Below, piece by piece: positions 38,487 through 51,014 of a stretch of DNA of 64,000 nucleotides. This stretch comes from Chiloscyllium plagiosum (lineage: Eukaryota). The DNA is taken from the NCBI RefSeq assembly GCF_004010195.1, contig NC_057749.1, forward strand, positions 16,370,524-16,434,523, written 5' to 3'. Position 1 is the first letter of the stretch. Every line of letters begins with the position of its first letter. The notes beneath the pieces were generated by a model. That model did no database searches. It saw only the letters and a list, made by a program, of their open reading frames with translations, and was not told where the DNA came from. The position numbers were made by a program, and so were the translations under genes.

Positions 38487-38643
38487 CTTGGAAATATACT
38501 GCTGGCAGATCAGACGGTCTCCTTGTTTAATGTCCTTTAAGTTTCTAGTAATGAAAATCCCCCGGCCCTGGCACCCACAGTCTGGTTTACAGATATACGT
38601 CTTGGTCTTCTTCATTCTGCAGTAGGCCTGAAAATCCCCAAAA
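38487..38643 (-). CDS. TTLL13: TTLL13-like exon 7 (FGDFQAYCRMKKTKTYICKPDCGCQGRGIFITRN...LICQQYISK)
   Basis: tcacag acceptor, AAG|gtatta donor, 157 nt phase 2-0; ATP-grasp KP..GCQGRGI and QQYI motifs. Confidence 0.97.
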
Positions 38644-39094
38644 CTGTGAAGTATACAAACAGAATGTTTTAAAAATCATATGATAAATACCCAAGTAGCA
38701 TCAGCAAATAGGAATTTCACCTTCAAACTCCTGAAAGGTTGCAACTAAAGTCCTCGGAGACACAAGCTTCAATTCCAATGGACCCACCATCACAGCTACC
38801 AATTCCCCAACTCAAATACAAGAAACTCTCTTCTTATCCAATATCTTCACAAGATGATCACACAACACAACACAATGTTCCAAAAACAGCAAATGACAGC
38901 TGAAAGGGGAATTTCTTCCAATCATCTGACCAAATTTCTCCCTGGACAAATACTGCAAAAAACCAACAGTGAAAATGTGTTGCAGCGGGCTGCGAACGGC
39001 TGGTTACTCCCCATCCTGGAAGTAAATGTGTGGGTGAGCCGAATGACAAAACAAATCATAATGTAGTGTGGGTAGCTAATTTAGCACAAAGTAG

Positions 39095-39486
39095 GGCTTC
39101 CACCCTCTCATCTTCCACCTGGGCAACCAACAGCCTGGAGGATTCAACACGGAGTTCTTCAATTTCAAATAACCTCCCTTCCCATCCTCTGACTCACTTC
39201 CCAGCCACTCCCCCTTCCTTCCACTGCTCCCTGCCATCTATCACATTCATTCCCCTCATTGACCCTGTCCTGTACCCTCTACCTGTCTTCACCTATCCCC
39301 ACTTCAACACCTTGCCCCCACCACCGCCCATACCTGCAGCTCCCCCTATACCCACCTCTAGTCCTGAACAAGGGTTACACCCAAAACATTGACTTCTCCA
39401 CCTCGTGATGCTGCCTGGCTTGCTGTGTTCTTCCAGCCTCATGTCTGTCTATTTTGGATTCCAGCCTCTGCAGCTTTTTGTCTCTA
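39095..39486 (+). mobile_element. Neptune-type PLE 3' fragment with decayed hammerhead motif
   Basis: Parallels 25590-25735 plus 26368-26600; ctgaacaagggttacacccaaaacattgac at 39364-39393. Confidence 0.65.
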
Positions 39487-40078
39487 ACCAAGCTCCCATA
39501 GTCCCAGCAGTGCTGGAGTGTAGTGGCACTGCCAGTAATGGGCAGACCCAGAAAGCAGGCGCAATGGATCCAGGTAACTCTGGAGTGTTGGGAAAGGAGG
39601 GCTTTGCTAGCTTAGGGAGGGTGGAGGGGAGACGTTTAAAGTAAATGTTAGGTAGGAAGGAAGAGGATTACTATCACTGATGGGCAAAGGGCACCTCCAA
39701 GTTAATAAACCCATTCCTTCCTGCCATTTTAAATAGACAAAGAAATGCATTGCCCACTTCTATTTGCCTAACCATGGTTACCAGATAATGGAGTGGGCAG
39801 GTAATACTGAGTTCAATTGATCTTTTAACAAACTGTTAACATGCCCCATCCTGCCAAAAGCACATCTGGTGGGAGCATGTAGTTTATTCAACTCATTTCA
39901 CTTCGTGGGATCATGCAGTGCATTCAACTACACAATTACTTTCTAATCATTTGCTATTTATGAGCTGTTTTTGCAGTATCATAAGAAATGAAATCAGTCA
40001 TTGTGTAAAAACAAGTTCCTTTTTATCTTCACCCAGTCACCAAAGGTGCATTCCATTGTCAATCCTAACTTCACTCAC

Positions 40079-40209
40079 TCGGCAGGTAAACACCACGTTC
40101 GTGGGAAGATGTTATACTCCTTCGGGAAGAGTTTCAGCATCCTATTCAAATTTCGTGCCAGTAGATCTTTCCTGCAAATCTCGCTCATTCCGGGAAAGTG
40201 ATTGATCTT
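40079..40209 (-). CDS. TTLL13: TTLL13-like exon 6 (KINHFPGMSEICRKDLLARNLNRMLKLFPKEYNIFPRTWCLPA)
   Basis: ctgcag acceptor, GA|gtgagt donor, 131 nt; NHFPGM and FPRTW motifs. Confidence 0.97.
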
Positions 40210-41347
40210 CTGCAGAAATGGGATGGAAAACAGAAATCAATAATGGGGCACGTGTAAGAACTCCAAAAGGAAGAAGAAATGCAGATCAAGAACAGCTGGA
40301 GAGAACGTGAGTTAGATACAAATGTACAAACGAGGAGCAAAAATAGGCCACTATTTTGGTCTTTCAGTAAGATTATGATTGATCAGTCTGTACTTCAAAC
40401 TTCACTTTCCCATCTACTCCTGATAATCTTGCTTTGCCAAACAAGAATCTATCCACTCCATCAAATTCTGAGGCAGACAGCCTCCAATCATGCACAACAT
40501 ACTGATAGAAACAAAAATCTCCTCATCTCTCCCTGAGAGGGGGGACTCTTAAATCTTTATACAGTTTTCCCTACTTCTGGACGAATAACAAAAACATCCT
40601 TGCCAGTAAAGACCGTTCAGGATCTTACACACTTCAATTATGTCATTAAACTCCAGTAAAAACAAGCCCAGCCTCTCCAAACTTTCCTTATAAGAGAACC
40701 TGCTCATTCCCGCTATCAAATTGGTAAACCTCCTTTGATCTGTTGCCAACGTGTTTGCATCCTTCTTTAAGTAAAGGAACAAAAACTGTGTGCTTTACTG
40801 CAGATAGTTCAAAAGATACTAAAAAAAAATTCTTAGCGCTTTAGTTTGAAAACCTTAGATAGTAGCATAAAGGGAAGGCTGAGGAATACCCCGAGTTCAA
40901 TACAGAGGTTATGAATGAATGAGAGAGAGAGATGATTCAGTGAACCATTGTTTTAGCAAGAAGAATGCAGAGTGTTTAGAATAGCGTGGCTATTGGCTGG
41001 AAGAAACAAAAAATGAAGTTTCAAGAAAGAAGTAACCACTGTAGTATTGATTAAAAAAAAGGTGAGACTCAATAGAGACAAGATAAGCATGAAACTAGAG
41101 ATGAGAGAAGGATCACCTATCAGATTTCTTGCAATTAAAACAAAAATTCTAAGAATATCCTTACTTTTTTGCAAATATATAGCTTAAAAATAAAATTAAA
41201 AGGCATTATAACAGCAGGCAGCGATCAAGCATAGTTTAGAAATTGTTCTTCAGAAACAAAATACCAGACCACTGGTATTTTCGATTTAACCCCAAACACC
41301 TCATGTTGCTAATTGTTTTTTGCCATTTCAAATCCCATTAGCCTGAC

Positions 41348-41466
41348 CTGAAAATTTTTAATCTCCATGACTTTTTCATGAGAAACAGAGGAGTCAGTCC
41401 AGAACAAGATGCACTCTTCATCATCTCCAACCTCCTTCAGTCCATATCGACGAGCTGCACGACGAA
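41348..41466 (-). CDS. TTLL13: TTLL13-like exon 5 (VRRAARRYGLKEVGDDEECILFWTDSSVSHEKVMEIKNFQ)
   Basis: ttccag acceptor, CAG|gtcagg donor, 119 nt phase 1-0. Confidence 0.95.
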
Positions 41467-42536
41467 CTGGAACACAAGATCAGAGATATTATTATTATTA
41501 ATATTTAGTGCATGTAAATCTCCAGAGTCAAGTGGTACAGCCCTCATTTGCTGCCTTTCAGATGACTAGTCCACTACTTGACATCCCTGAGCAATGTGTA
41601 ACATTGTTTGTGTCTCTGTAAGTGCATAAGAGAATCGAAGCTTTGACCTACATTGCCATATGAGAGAGAGTGCAAAAGAGAGCAAGGGACAGAGAGAAGA
41701 AATTCAAACAGAATGATACAGATGGACAGAGATAGAAAGGTAGGAATTGAGACACGGATACATTCAAAGAAAAATACCAAGACAGACAGGAGTGAGGAAA
41801 CAGAGCTTGAAATAAGAAAGACTGAAAAAGAATGTATGGCACAAAAAATGCAGAGGACAAATTAATGTTTCAGAAGACCAACAGTAGAACAGATAGGAGA
41901 AGGGAAGAGAGTAGGACAAAATTAGAGAAAATGTTTTATACAATGTTTTATGAATGAATTCAGTGTTTAATTGCAAAGTAAGTGGAATGGATATCTTCAC
42001 ATTCAACAAACTATCCAAAAGGAGCAGACTACCAAAATATACTTTGGTCTCTACGTCTTATGTACATGGAAATAGAGTGATGGGTAAATACATTGCTTGG
42101 TGCAGGTCAGCGGCAGATTTCAGAAAAGTCCTTATTCAATTTGCCAGTTGACACTGAATTATCTCAATAAGTCAGCTATTCAGATTGACGCAGCCACTGA
42201 GAGACACGTTATATATCTGATTGTCAACCAGTATCCAACAGATAGTGAACATGCAGGTTGGAAGGGGAAGAATTAGCTGGGATTCTTGTTCGAGTTTTGG
42301 TGGAAAGTTCATATGTTTGGACTCCAGGAGAACAATGGTTAGTACAAAGTTGAACAACCGCTCAATACTTGCTGTTTAAGATCATATACAGCACAAGACA
42401 GTAGGAGATTGCCAAAAGTTGGACACCAGGAGACGAAACAGAAACTTGGAGGGACAAAGATCAAACTTGCATTGAATACATCTGTATGGCTCTCTCTTGC
42501 TCCCCAACCCAATAACCTTAATTGAGTAATACACAC

Positions 42537-42577
42537 CACTTTCATACTTGCAGTTAAGCAGATTTATTCCAATACAC
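42537..42577 (-). CDS. TTLL13: TTLL13-like exon 4 (CIGINLLNCKYES)
   Basis: cttgcag acceptor, G|gtgtgt donor, 41 nt phase 2-1; INLxNCKYES is the start of the TTL domain. Confidence 0.92.
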
Positions 42578-43226
42578 CTGCAAGACAAAAAAGAGGTCGA
42601 GATCTCAACAAAATAGGTATTATAAAGTTCCATGTAAAAAAAAACTGACTGGCTTGTGTGCAACATTGTTGAAGAATGGCAGAGACCCAAATTCAACACA
42701 ATGGGGATAGAATATAGAAGCACCAAGACAGAACATTTCAGAGTAGCAACCTGCAGAGTGGCAGTGAAAGGAGAAAATCACTGGAAGCTGTGACAGAGTG
42801 AAATGAGAGGTTGGAGCAAAGTGACTGATCAATTAGAAGGCAACAGGTTTCACATGAATCCGGTGCATGAAAGTGCGCAAGACTTTGGAGGAGTCTCCCT
42901 GATAGAAAAGCAGTTTCATAGAATCCACATTCAAATTTGTTCATATGAAAGAGTAATCATGAGGGAGGCTGGTCAGTGAAGAGGATAAACAGCAAGGGAC
43001 ACTGGTCAGCGAGGTGGGGGGGTGGTGGTGGGGGCGGCGGGGGAAGGAGGCGGGGAGCAGGGAAGGAGATTGGTCATCAAGGGGGCCAACAGCGAGGGAA
43101 ACTGGTCAGCGAGAGGGGGAAAACTGTTCAGTGTGAGAGCGCAACCACGAGAGTCACAGGTCTGCGTGAGGGAGTAACTGAGATAGTATTGTGACAGTGA
43201 AGTTAAAATTAAAAGAGTCATTCTAC

Positions 43227-43517
43227 CTCCTTTTCTTCTTCTTTTTTTTCTTGAGCATTTCATCTTTAATAGCTTTGTTATTTCCCTCAGTTTTCTGATT
43301 GATTAGTATCTGTTCTTGCTTGTGAAGTCCCTCACGGTCTCCCAGCTGTTTACTCTGTTTCATGCGTAATCCCAAATCTCTGCCTGCTACATTCTTTTTC
43401 AGCACATTAGGTTGTTTCTGAACTGGCTCAATTTCATCTTCTGAGTCCTCAGCCAGACTCTCGTCCTCATCAGCTGACTCCTCCTCAAAATCACTCTCAC
43501 CCCCAGAAGCATTCATT
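43227..43517 (-). CDS. TTLL13: TTLL13-like exon 3 (MNASGGESDFEEESADEDE...KKKKKKR)
   Basis: tcacag acceptor 1 nt before the ATG at 43516; AG|gtagaa donor in phase 2 joins exon 4 in frame. A poly-basic run before the TTL domain is typical of TTLL6/13. Confidence 0.88.
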
Positions 43518-45199
43518 CTGTGAGATGTAGAGATGGGTGAAAGGGACTTAGGAAAACATCTGTGATCTCAGAATGAACAGCAACAAAAATAATCTCGGTG
43601 GGCAGCACAGTGTCTTAGACCCGTCAACTCAGTGACCTTGGTTCAAATTCAGCAAATACAGCAACCTGAAAAGGTCTGGACACTCCACAAGTGCAGATAG
43701 TGATGGAATTGTGATATCTTTCCAAGTGAAGTTACCATGTGATTTTGAGGGAGGGTTGGGAGGCAGTGAACCCATCCACAGGAACCTTTATCTTTCTCGA
43801 TCACTGCTTCCCAAACATTTTCCCATTGTGAACCGGTTTCAATACCCAAGAGTTGATGTAGCCCCATGCTGAAACCTTGAGAGATATAGAAGCTTTAGTG
43901 ATTGGGGAGGCTTAATAAAATGGCAGGAGAGTAACCTTTAATATTCAATGATTACAATACACACAAATTTTAAACATGCAAAAATCTGTGATTTAAATTT
44001 GAACTATTTTGTGAAAATGCTATCCAACTCACTACCTCTAAGAAACGTGGCATGCATGTTGTGACATTGCTATGATCTAGTCCTGCATGGAGTCACTCGA
44101 ATGTTCACGCCTTCCATTGAATTCTGAGCCAGACAAAAAAAAACTGGGCTCCCTCCAAGCAGATAGTGAGGTTGCCTGTGTGAAGCTTGTTCATTCTCCT
44201 TTGTTGTACAATATGGTTAATATCTGATAGGGTTAACTAATATATTGAGAAAGTTCTGATAGATTGAATTTAAGGGGAAGATTCCAGATACAAAGATTTC
44301 AGAATGTTCCAATATATTTAAATTTGATACTTTACCCAGAAAAGGCTAGAGGATTAGGGTTAAGAGTTAACTCCTGGGTAACTATTTTAATGTACCTCTG
44401 CCTCATCTCGGATTCCTTCCTTTCTCCACAATTCTCCTCCACTCCCTGGCAAGCCTCTCCCTGCAAGATCCAAAACTCCCCAGCCCACCTCTGCTAGACA
44501 AGCTACCTCTCAGCCCAGACCCAACACTCAAAAATATCGTTGTGAGAAAGCACATTCATTAAGAAATTCAGCAGTATAGTTTGACTAATGAGTGAAAATA
44601 GATATTACGGTAAAATAAAAGTTTATTTAAAAATCGTGTTTTGAAGGGAATTTTTTTTATTGTTTAAGTGAAAATCTCTCTTTAATGAGCAATACCAGCA
44701 CAATGACATTTGTCTCAATATTAAAAATGCAGAAAGCTCAGAGAAGCTGCAGGAGGGGTGCAAAGTTATTCATAGTGATAAAAAGGATACAAAAGCCACA
44801 AATTCGAAAAGAAAAACAGCACTAGATGACACAGTATTTCCTGCACCTTTGAATGTATTCTTTCATTTTAAATACTTGCAAAGATCTTTTTACAGCAAAA
44901 ATAGGAAGATAATTCAGAAACATTAAGAAACTACAACTTTAATTAATAAAAATTGAATCAAATTTCTGAATAGAAAAGAAGAAAGAAGTAAAAAAAAAAT
45001 TAAAACACATTAATGATAAAGCTTTATTGGCAACACATCTACATTACCTAATTAATTTTAAAAGCTTGCTAAAAACTCAACTCTAAATCTAATTGAAGGG
45101 AGTGTAAACATTTTAAAAATTTAACAGCAAAGCCAACTACACCTACAAAAAAAAATAAATCTTCAATGACAGTTTTCAAGTAAATCATTTAAATAATAG

Positions 45200-45655
45200 A
45201 AACAACTGCAGTTAAGTACAATGACGGTGGCGAAAGAGATAATATCTTGGAGCAGATTTAAAACCACAAACGTTCAGGCAAGGATTTGAACTGGACTATA
45301 TGGAAGAGATACATTCATATGATATAGAATTGCTTAAAAATCATAGGAAATAAAAACAAAGAACAAGAACATTTCTTTACTCTGCATGTCCGGTAGAAAA
45401 TAATGTTTTAAAACAACAGAATAAAAAAGAGACAGACATCTTTTTAAGAACATTTCACAATTCTATTACATAAAATATAAATTGTATAACAGACTGCAAG
45501 ATTTAATGGAACAATGCAGCTCCCAGGAGAATCTGCTGACAACATTATTAATCATTAATATTGTCAGAATGTTGTGCTTATGTTGATTTAAAACCAGAAT
45601 TAATTCAAGACAGAATTGTCAGAATTTCTGATTCATCTCTTTCAGATATATTAGA
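45200..45655 (+). mobile_element. Degenerate Gypsy gag remnant in an AT-rich tract
   Basis: QLPGESADN...CAYVDLKPELIQDRIVRISDSSL resembles the Gypsy gag Q..GES.D.F / C.FG.L.DELIRDRIV.GI.D pattern. Confidence 0.5.
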
Positions 45656-46713
45656 ACCCATGCCAAGCCACACCATCCTGAGTTGGAAATATATTGCCAA
45701 TGCTTTACTGTCACTGGCACAAAATCCTGGATCCTGGACCCCCCCCCCCGTAACAGCACTGTGGGCATACCTCTACCCAAAGGACTGCAGCAAATGGCAG
45801 CTTCTGACCATGGTCTTAAGTACAATTAGGTACAGGTAATAAATGCTCAAATCACCTGAATTAAATTAAGAAATCCACAGTAGACAAAACATGCTACTGC
45901 CTGCTGGGGATGCAGCCTGCTTACTATCGGAACACAATAACTGTGCTGGAAAACAACTTAATGCCCAAAATAAAATGAAGTACTGTCACAGGTCATTGTA
46001 AACCATGCTGCAAAGTGACTCCAACAGCACAAATGTGTGCTGCAATAAATAAATTCTAATTGTCGGAATGTTTTCATACCCCCATGGATAAATGCATCTA
46101 CTTGTGTGCTACTGAGACATTTAGATCAAGAAGCTCAGAATCAGTTCTCAGTATAGGTGAAGCTAGGCAGTGGCACGTGAGCTCAGCACTGGGTTTGAGA
46201 AAATTAAAGTGGCCAAAGACTTACTCAGAATCATCATCCAGTCAGTCCAGTGTGGCTGAGATTCAGAGTCATTGGCTATTTTATGAAGAAAGATTAGATA
46301 AATTGAGGCAGATGAATGAGAAGTGAGCTTGCTGAAGCATACAAGATCCAGAGGGGACTTAATAGGGCTGATAGTGAAAGGATGTTCCCTTTGTGAAAAC
46401 TGGAATTAGAGTACAGGGTTTAAAATTAAGGGATCTCACATTTAAGACAGGGATAACGTTATTTCCTCTCTGACTTTCGTGAATCTACGAAATTCTTTTA
46501 CATGGGGTGCGGTGGAGGCAAAGTCATTCTATATTTCTAAAGTCGAATTAGATAGATTCTTGACTAACAGAAGATTTTAAGGTTATCAGGGAGAGGTTGG
46601 AAAATGGAGTAGAGACCACAATCAGATCAGCCATAATCCTACCAAATGGCAGAGCAAGTTTGTGGGGAGGAATAGCCCACTGCTGCTTTTAGCTCGTATA
46701 TATATATATATGC

Positions 46714-46975
46714 GCGTGTTTTGAAAACTGGAATGCATTCAAACTGGAACTCTATCAACAAACACATCAACTTGGACCCCATTTACCACCCACTGAGAAA
46801 AAGAATACAAAATAACATCACACAGGAAATGACATCACCAACCCATGGAAACCTAAACACAAATAGAAAATGTGTCACTAATACAAGTGCTTCATTGGAG
46901 ACTCACTGATGATGTTACTAGTATGGTGACGAAATGTCTGAAAATGTACCTTCCAGCTCAGCAAGCAAACTTACA
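46714..46975 (+). mobile_element. Poseidon-type PLE 3' fragment with hammerhead motif and a 14-nt inverted terminus
   Basis: HSNWNSINKHI matches 22790-22825; gcgtgttttgaaaa (46714-46727) resembles the reverse complement of the element 3' tip; flanked by atatatatg on both sides. Confidence 0.75.
46903..46941 (+). ncRNA. Minimal type I hammerhead ribozyme motif
   Basis: Stem I TCA/TGA, CTGATGA (46906-46912), T, stem II GTTAC-TAGTATG-GTGAC, GAAA (46931-46934), TG loop, GUC cleavage triplet. Confidence 0.72.
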
Positions 46976-47174
46976 AAGATATATATGAATCTGGATTTAT
47001 CAGACATTCTACGATGTCTTGTGTAACAGAGCAGGCTGCTATCATTCACCATCTAGACTCTCACCACTTGGGCAATTTCCCAGAGGGTATTACACATTTA
47101 AAATGCAGGGCAGAATCAACTTGAATCCCACTTAACTTGTGTAATTTCCATTCCCATAAAATTAGATCATCTAC

Positions 47175-47329
47175 CTTTTGCACTTCTGGCGAAGGGACTT
47201 TCTCCTTACTCCTGAAATTTTAATTTGTCTTTTCCCTTTTCTGATCCGTGACAGGGATTTGGGGCATTTTCTCTCAGACCTGCAGTGTCTTCTTTTAGTG
47301 GTGCGATGTTTCTGCCGCAGCCAGAATAA
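47175..47329 (-). CDS. TTLL13: Predicted TTLL13-like exon 2, highly basic (LFWLRQKHRTTKRRHCRSERKCPKSLSRIRKGKRQIKISGVRRKSLRQKCK)
   Basis: Pyrimidine tract plus aag acceptor (47332-47330), AG|gtagat donor, 155 nt with no stop; phase 0-2 exactly bridges exons 1 and 3. An in-frame ATG also sits at 47335. No homology recognised. Confidence 0.6.
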
Positions 47330-47764
47330 CTTCATAAAGAGGGATGAATGTTACATGGGTTATCATGTTATCGCGTCATTCTATTTCTTACTACCTCTAA
47401 CTTAGCTCTAAGTTCACTCTTTCAACAAAGACTCAGCTCAGAAATTATCTTTGCTAATCTCTCCACAGACATTATTTGACATCTGTTTTCAGCTCTTTCA
47501 GATCTTACACTAACATCAGAAAATTTTATTATGTTGTGTTTGAGACAGCTGAAGGGGAGGTGATGGCATAGTGGTCATATTGCTGTACCATTAACCTGGA
47601 TCCACAGGCTATTTTTCTGGGGATATGGATCCAAATCCCACCATTGCAGATGGTAAAAATTTGAATTCAATGAAAAATCAGGGATAAAAGCTCAACTAAC
47701 AGCGAACATGTAATCACAGTTGATGTTGATAAAATCAATTTGGTTTAGTAATGCTTTAATTCTG

Positions 47765-47965
47765 AATTTATTTCTTATTTTTCTAATTTATTCCTAAGGA
47801 CTTTGTACCTAAATACCTTTTGTACCCAAGATGGTGCAAAGGTCTGTAATGTTGGACCATTTTTCTTTATTTTTCTAATTTATTCCTTAGAATTTGTACC
47901 TACGTACCTTTGTACCAAAGATAGCACTGGAAGCAGTGACTTTGTAAACTTTTCATTGTCCTCAT
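47765..47965 (+). repeat. Imperfect ~70-bp direct repeat (probable LINE 3' end) inserted into a SINE
   Basis: ttatttttctaatttattcct...tttgtaccta...tttgtacc.aagat occurs at ~47775 and ~47867; the host SINE spans ~47555-48135. Confidence 0.6.
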
Positions 47966-49714
47966 GTCATTCTAATGTCCTTTAGGGAAGGAAATCTGCC
48001 ATCCTTACCTGGTATGGCCTCTATGTGACTCCAGACTCACAGCAATATGGTTGACTCTTAACCTCCTTCAGGTTAATTAAGGATGGGCAATATATACTGC
48101 CAAACCAATGATGCCCACAATCCATGAACAAATAAAAAGGAAGCTATGTTCCATTATGCAACATTAGAAGCAGAAGAAAGAGTGGGCCTTCTCACATATG
48201 GTCTCTAGGTCGTCTTCATCATTCAGTAATATCACAGGAGAACCTTCTACCTCACACTATAACAATACCACTCGATTCTCTAATTGGAATGGAAACATCT
48301 ACCCCTCTAAGTCTTCAAATATTCAACAACTGAAAATCCACAGTTCTCTTTGTCAGAGGGTTGCAAAGACTCTTAGTTCTTGGCATGAAAAAATTCCTCC
48401 CGATCTCAGACCTAAATGGCTGACCAGTATGAGAACTATGATCCAAGCCAGGAGGAAACAGCCCATCAGCTATTCTAGGACCATAAAATATAAGAGTAGA
48501 ATTTGGCCATTCAGCCCATTGAGTCTATTCCACCATTTGATCACAGCTGATGTTTCTCAACCTTGTTCTCTTGCCTTCTCCCCATAACCTTTCATCACCT
48601 TACTAATCAAAAACTAATCCATCTCGGTCTTAAATACACTCAATGACTTGGCTTACATAGCCTTCTGCAGCAAAGAGTTCCACAGATTAACCACCATCTG
48701 GCTGAAGAAATTCATCCTGTCAAGCACTGGCAGGATGTTCAGTCTTTCAAATATCACCTTATTTTTATTTTTCTTGGGGTATGAACATCACTGGCAAAAC
48801 CAGCATTTACTTATCAAAATCTGAGTGAAGTCAAACTGAGCAAAGAGAATTTGGAATCAGCTGTAGGCCAGTTGAGGTAAGGACAGCAGATTTCATTGTT
48901 GCAAAACTCTCCTGGTACACCAATCTAGTAGCATCTTGGTCAGACTGCCCTGATGGAATTAGAACTCATGTCTCTGGCACATTAGTCTAGCACTCAGGGA
49001 TTACATGTCCAGTAACAGTACCACCATGCCACCATCTACTTCACCCAAGTGTGATCAACATTGAGATTGAAATGGCTGCAGTTCAACAGCTTGATTGTTA
49101 TTCTGATCTCAGCAGAACGTTCTGCTAATATGATGCATCAGTGATCTCCAAGATGTGCTTCCCCAGACAGTGGAATTCCAGTTAGGTAATGACAACCATT
49201 AAAGACAAAGAAAATAGACTTAACAGGGATAATCAAGCATGACTTTACTGTTCCTGGGCTCCTTCCATAAATATTTCAGAGCAAAATAAATGGCTCAATA
49301 ACCTATCTTTCTGATGAGGGAATACCTTGTAGGGCAAGGAAGTTATCCAAACTCTCAAATCTCAGTAAAATCATACCATAGGAATAACCATTCAATTGAT
49401 ATTTAAATGCAGTGAAACATTCCTATGCACTTCATTGGAATTGAGGAGTGGAAATAGGGACTAACAAAAATTAATTTGGTCCCAATTGATGAAGAGACAT
49501 AACAAGGGGCCATCAAAAGCTTGATCAAATAGACTAAAGATGGGTGAGGACGGGAACAGTAGGGTAGCCTTCCACAAGTGCTTACTGAACAGTCAAGACC
49601 TATAATGTGAGCAGCTTGCATATGTGCAGTCGAAATTTCTTCCAAGGAGGCTCAGAGCCAACAAGACAATGCAAGGCAAAATATGAAAGTTTGGGCCAAA
49701 GAAACCCCTCTCTC

Positions 49715-50345
49715 ACACAAAAACAGAAATTGCTGGAAGAACTCAGTCGATCTGTCAGCACATGCAGAGAGAAAGCAGAGTTACCATTTCAGGTCCAGTG
49801 AACCTTCAAAATTGACAGTAACTATGAAATATGCTAAAGATGAGTGTGGAGTGAAGATAAAAAATGATAGGTAGAGTTGGGGGGCCAGAGAGAGAACACA
49901 GCAGTTGGATGGATTGCCGGCATAGTGGCCATGTCTAAGTGGGATGCTCTTCAGAGGGTTGGTACAGACACGATGGACTGAATAGCCTCTACCTTCATGT
50001 GGGGATTCTATAATTCAAACAAAGGAATGGATATTGATGAGCCAGGGCTGAGAAAACGGTTAATTGGGACCATTAGTGGGTGAAAATGGGTTAGCTGTGA
50101 TGAAAGCAGCCAGAGATGTGGGGACTGAGTAAAGGACATGGGAGGTGGTGGTCAGGATCTAAAATTATTGAACTCGATATGGAGTCCTGAAGGCAGTGGG
50201 ATCCCTAAGCAGATAATGAGATGCTGTTCTTCCAGGTTATACTTCACTGGAACACTGGAGGGCCCCAGACATAGATGCTGGCCAAAACCCCTGGACAGAG
50301 AGCAAGCTAATGTTTCCAGACTAGATGACTCTTTATCAGAGCTGC
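49715..50345 (-). mobile_element. Neptune-type PLE 3' fragments with decayed hammerhead motifs
   Basis: Reverse complement reads tgaaggttcactggacctgaaatggtaac (~49810-49780) and ctgataaagagtcatctagtctggaaacatt (~50339-50309). Confidence 0.6.
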
Positions 50346-50683
50346 TGTTCAATGCAGGGACTGGACAGGTGTTTCTATCGGTAGGAAAGGCTACGGCCTG
50401 AGGGCATGGCCTTAGAATAATAAAGATTAGACCTTTTAGAACGGAGATAAGGATAAACTTCTTCAGCCAGAGAGTGGTGAATCTATGATATTCATTGCCA
50501 CAGAAAGCAGTGGAAGCGGGTCATTGAGTATATTTAAGACTGAGATAGATAACGTTCTTGGGTTTCAAGGGTTACAGGGAGAAAGCAGGAGAATGGGATT
50601 GATAAACTTAACAGCCATGATTGATGGCAGGACAGACTCGATGGGCTGACTGGGCTACTTTCTGCTCCTATGTCTTATGGCCT

Positions 50684-50822
50684 GGACAGGGACAGGTCAG
50701 GCAGGGACAGGGACAGGTCAGGCAGGGACAGGGACAGGGTCAGGGTCAGGGACACGGACAGGTCAGGCAGGGGAAGGGACAGGGGAAGGGACAGGTCAGG
50801 CAGGGGCACGGACAGGTCAGGG
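50684..50822. repeat. G-rich minisatellite built from GGACAG/GGTCAG/GGCAG units (~21-bp period)
   Basis: ggacagggacaggtcaggcag repeated with variants at the edge of the CpG island, in TTLL13 intron 1. Confidence 0.9.
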
Positions 50823-51014
50823 GCCGTTGCTAAGTTGCTCCCCCCCCCCGTTGCTAAGTGTTGGAAGCGGGAGATGAGGGTGGCGGCGGTGGCGGGGGGG
50901 GTCCGAAAGCCCGGACTCTTACCCCGGCCTCCCACTGGCGGCGGTGATGTGAGGGGGAAGCGGCTGAAGGAGACCCTCTCCCCGTCTGCCTCTGTCCGAC
51001 CCCCTGTCACTCAC

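Noticed and set aside
43000-43160. G-rich tract giving a poly-Gly ORF
   Set aside because: Low-complexity intronic sequence between TTLL13 exons 3 and 4, on the opposite strand.
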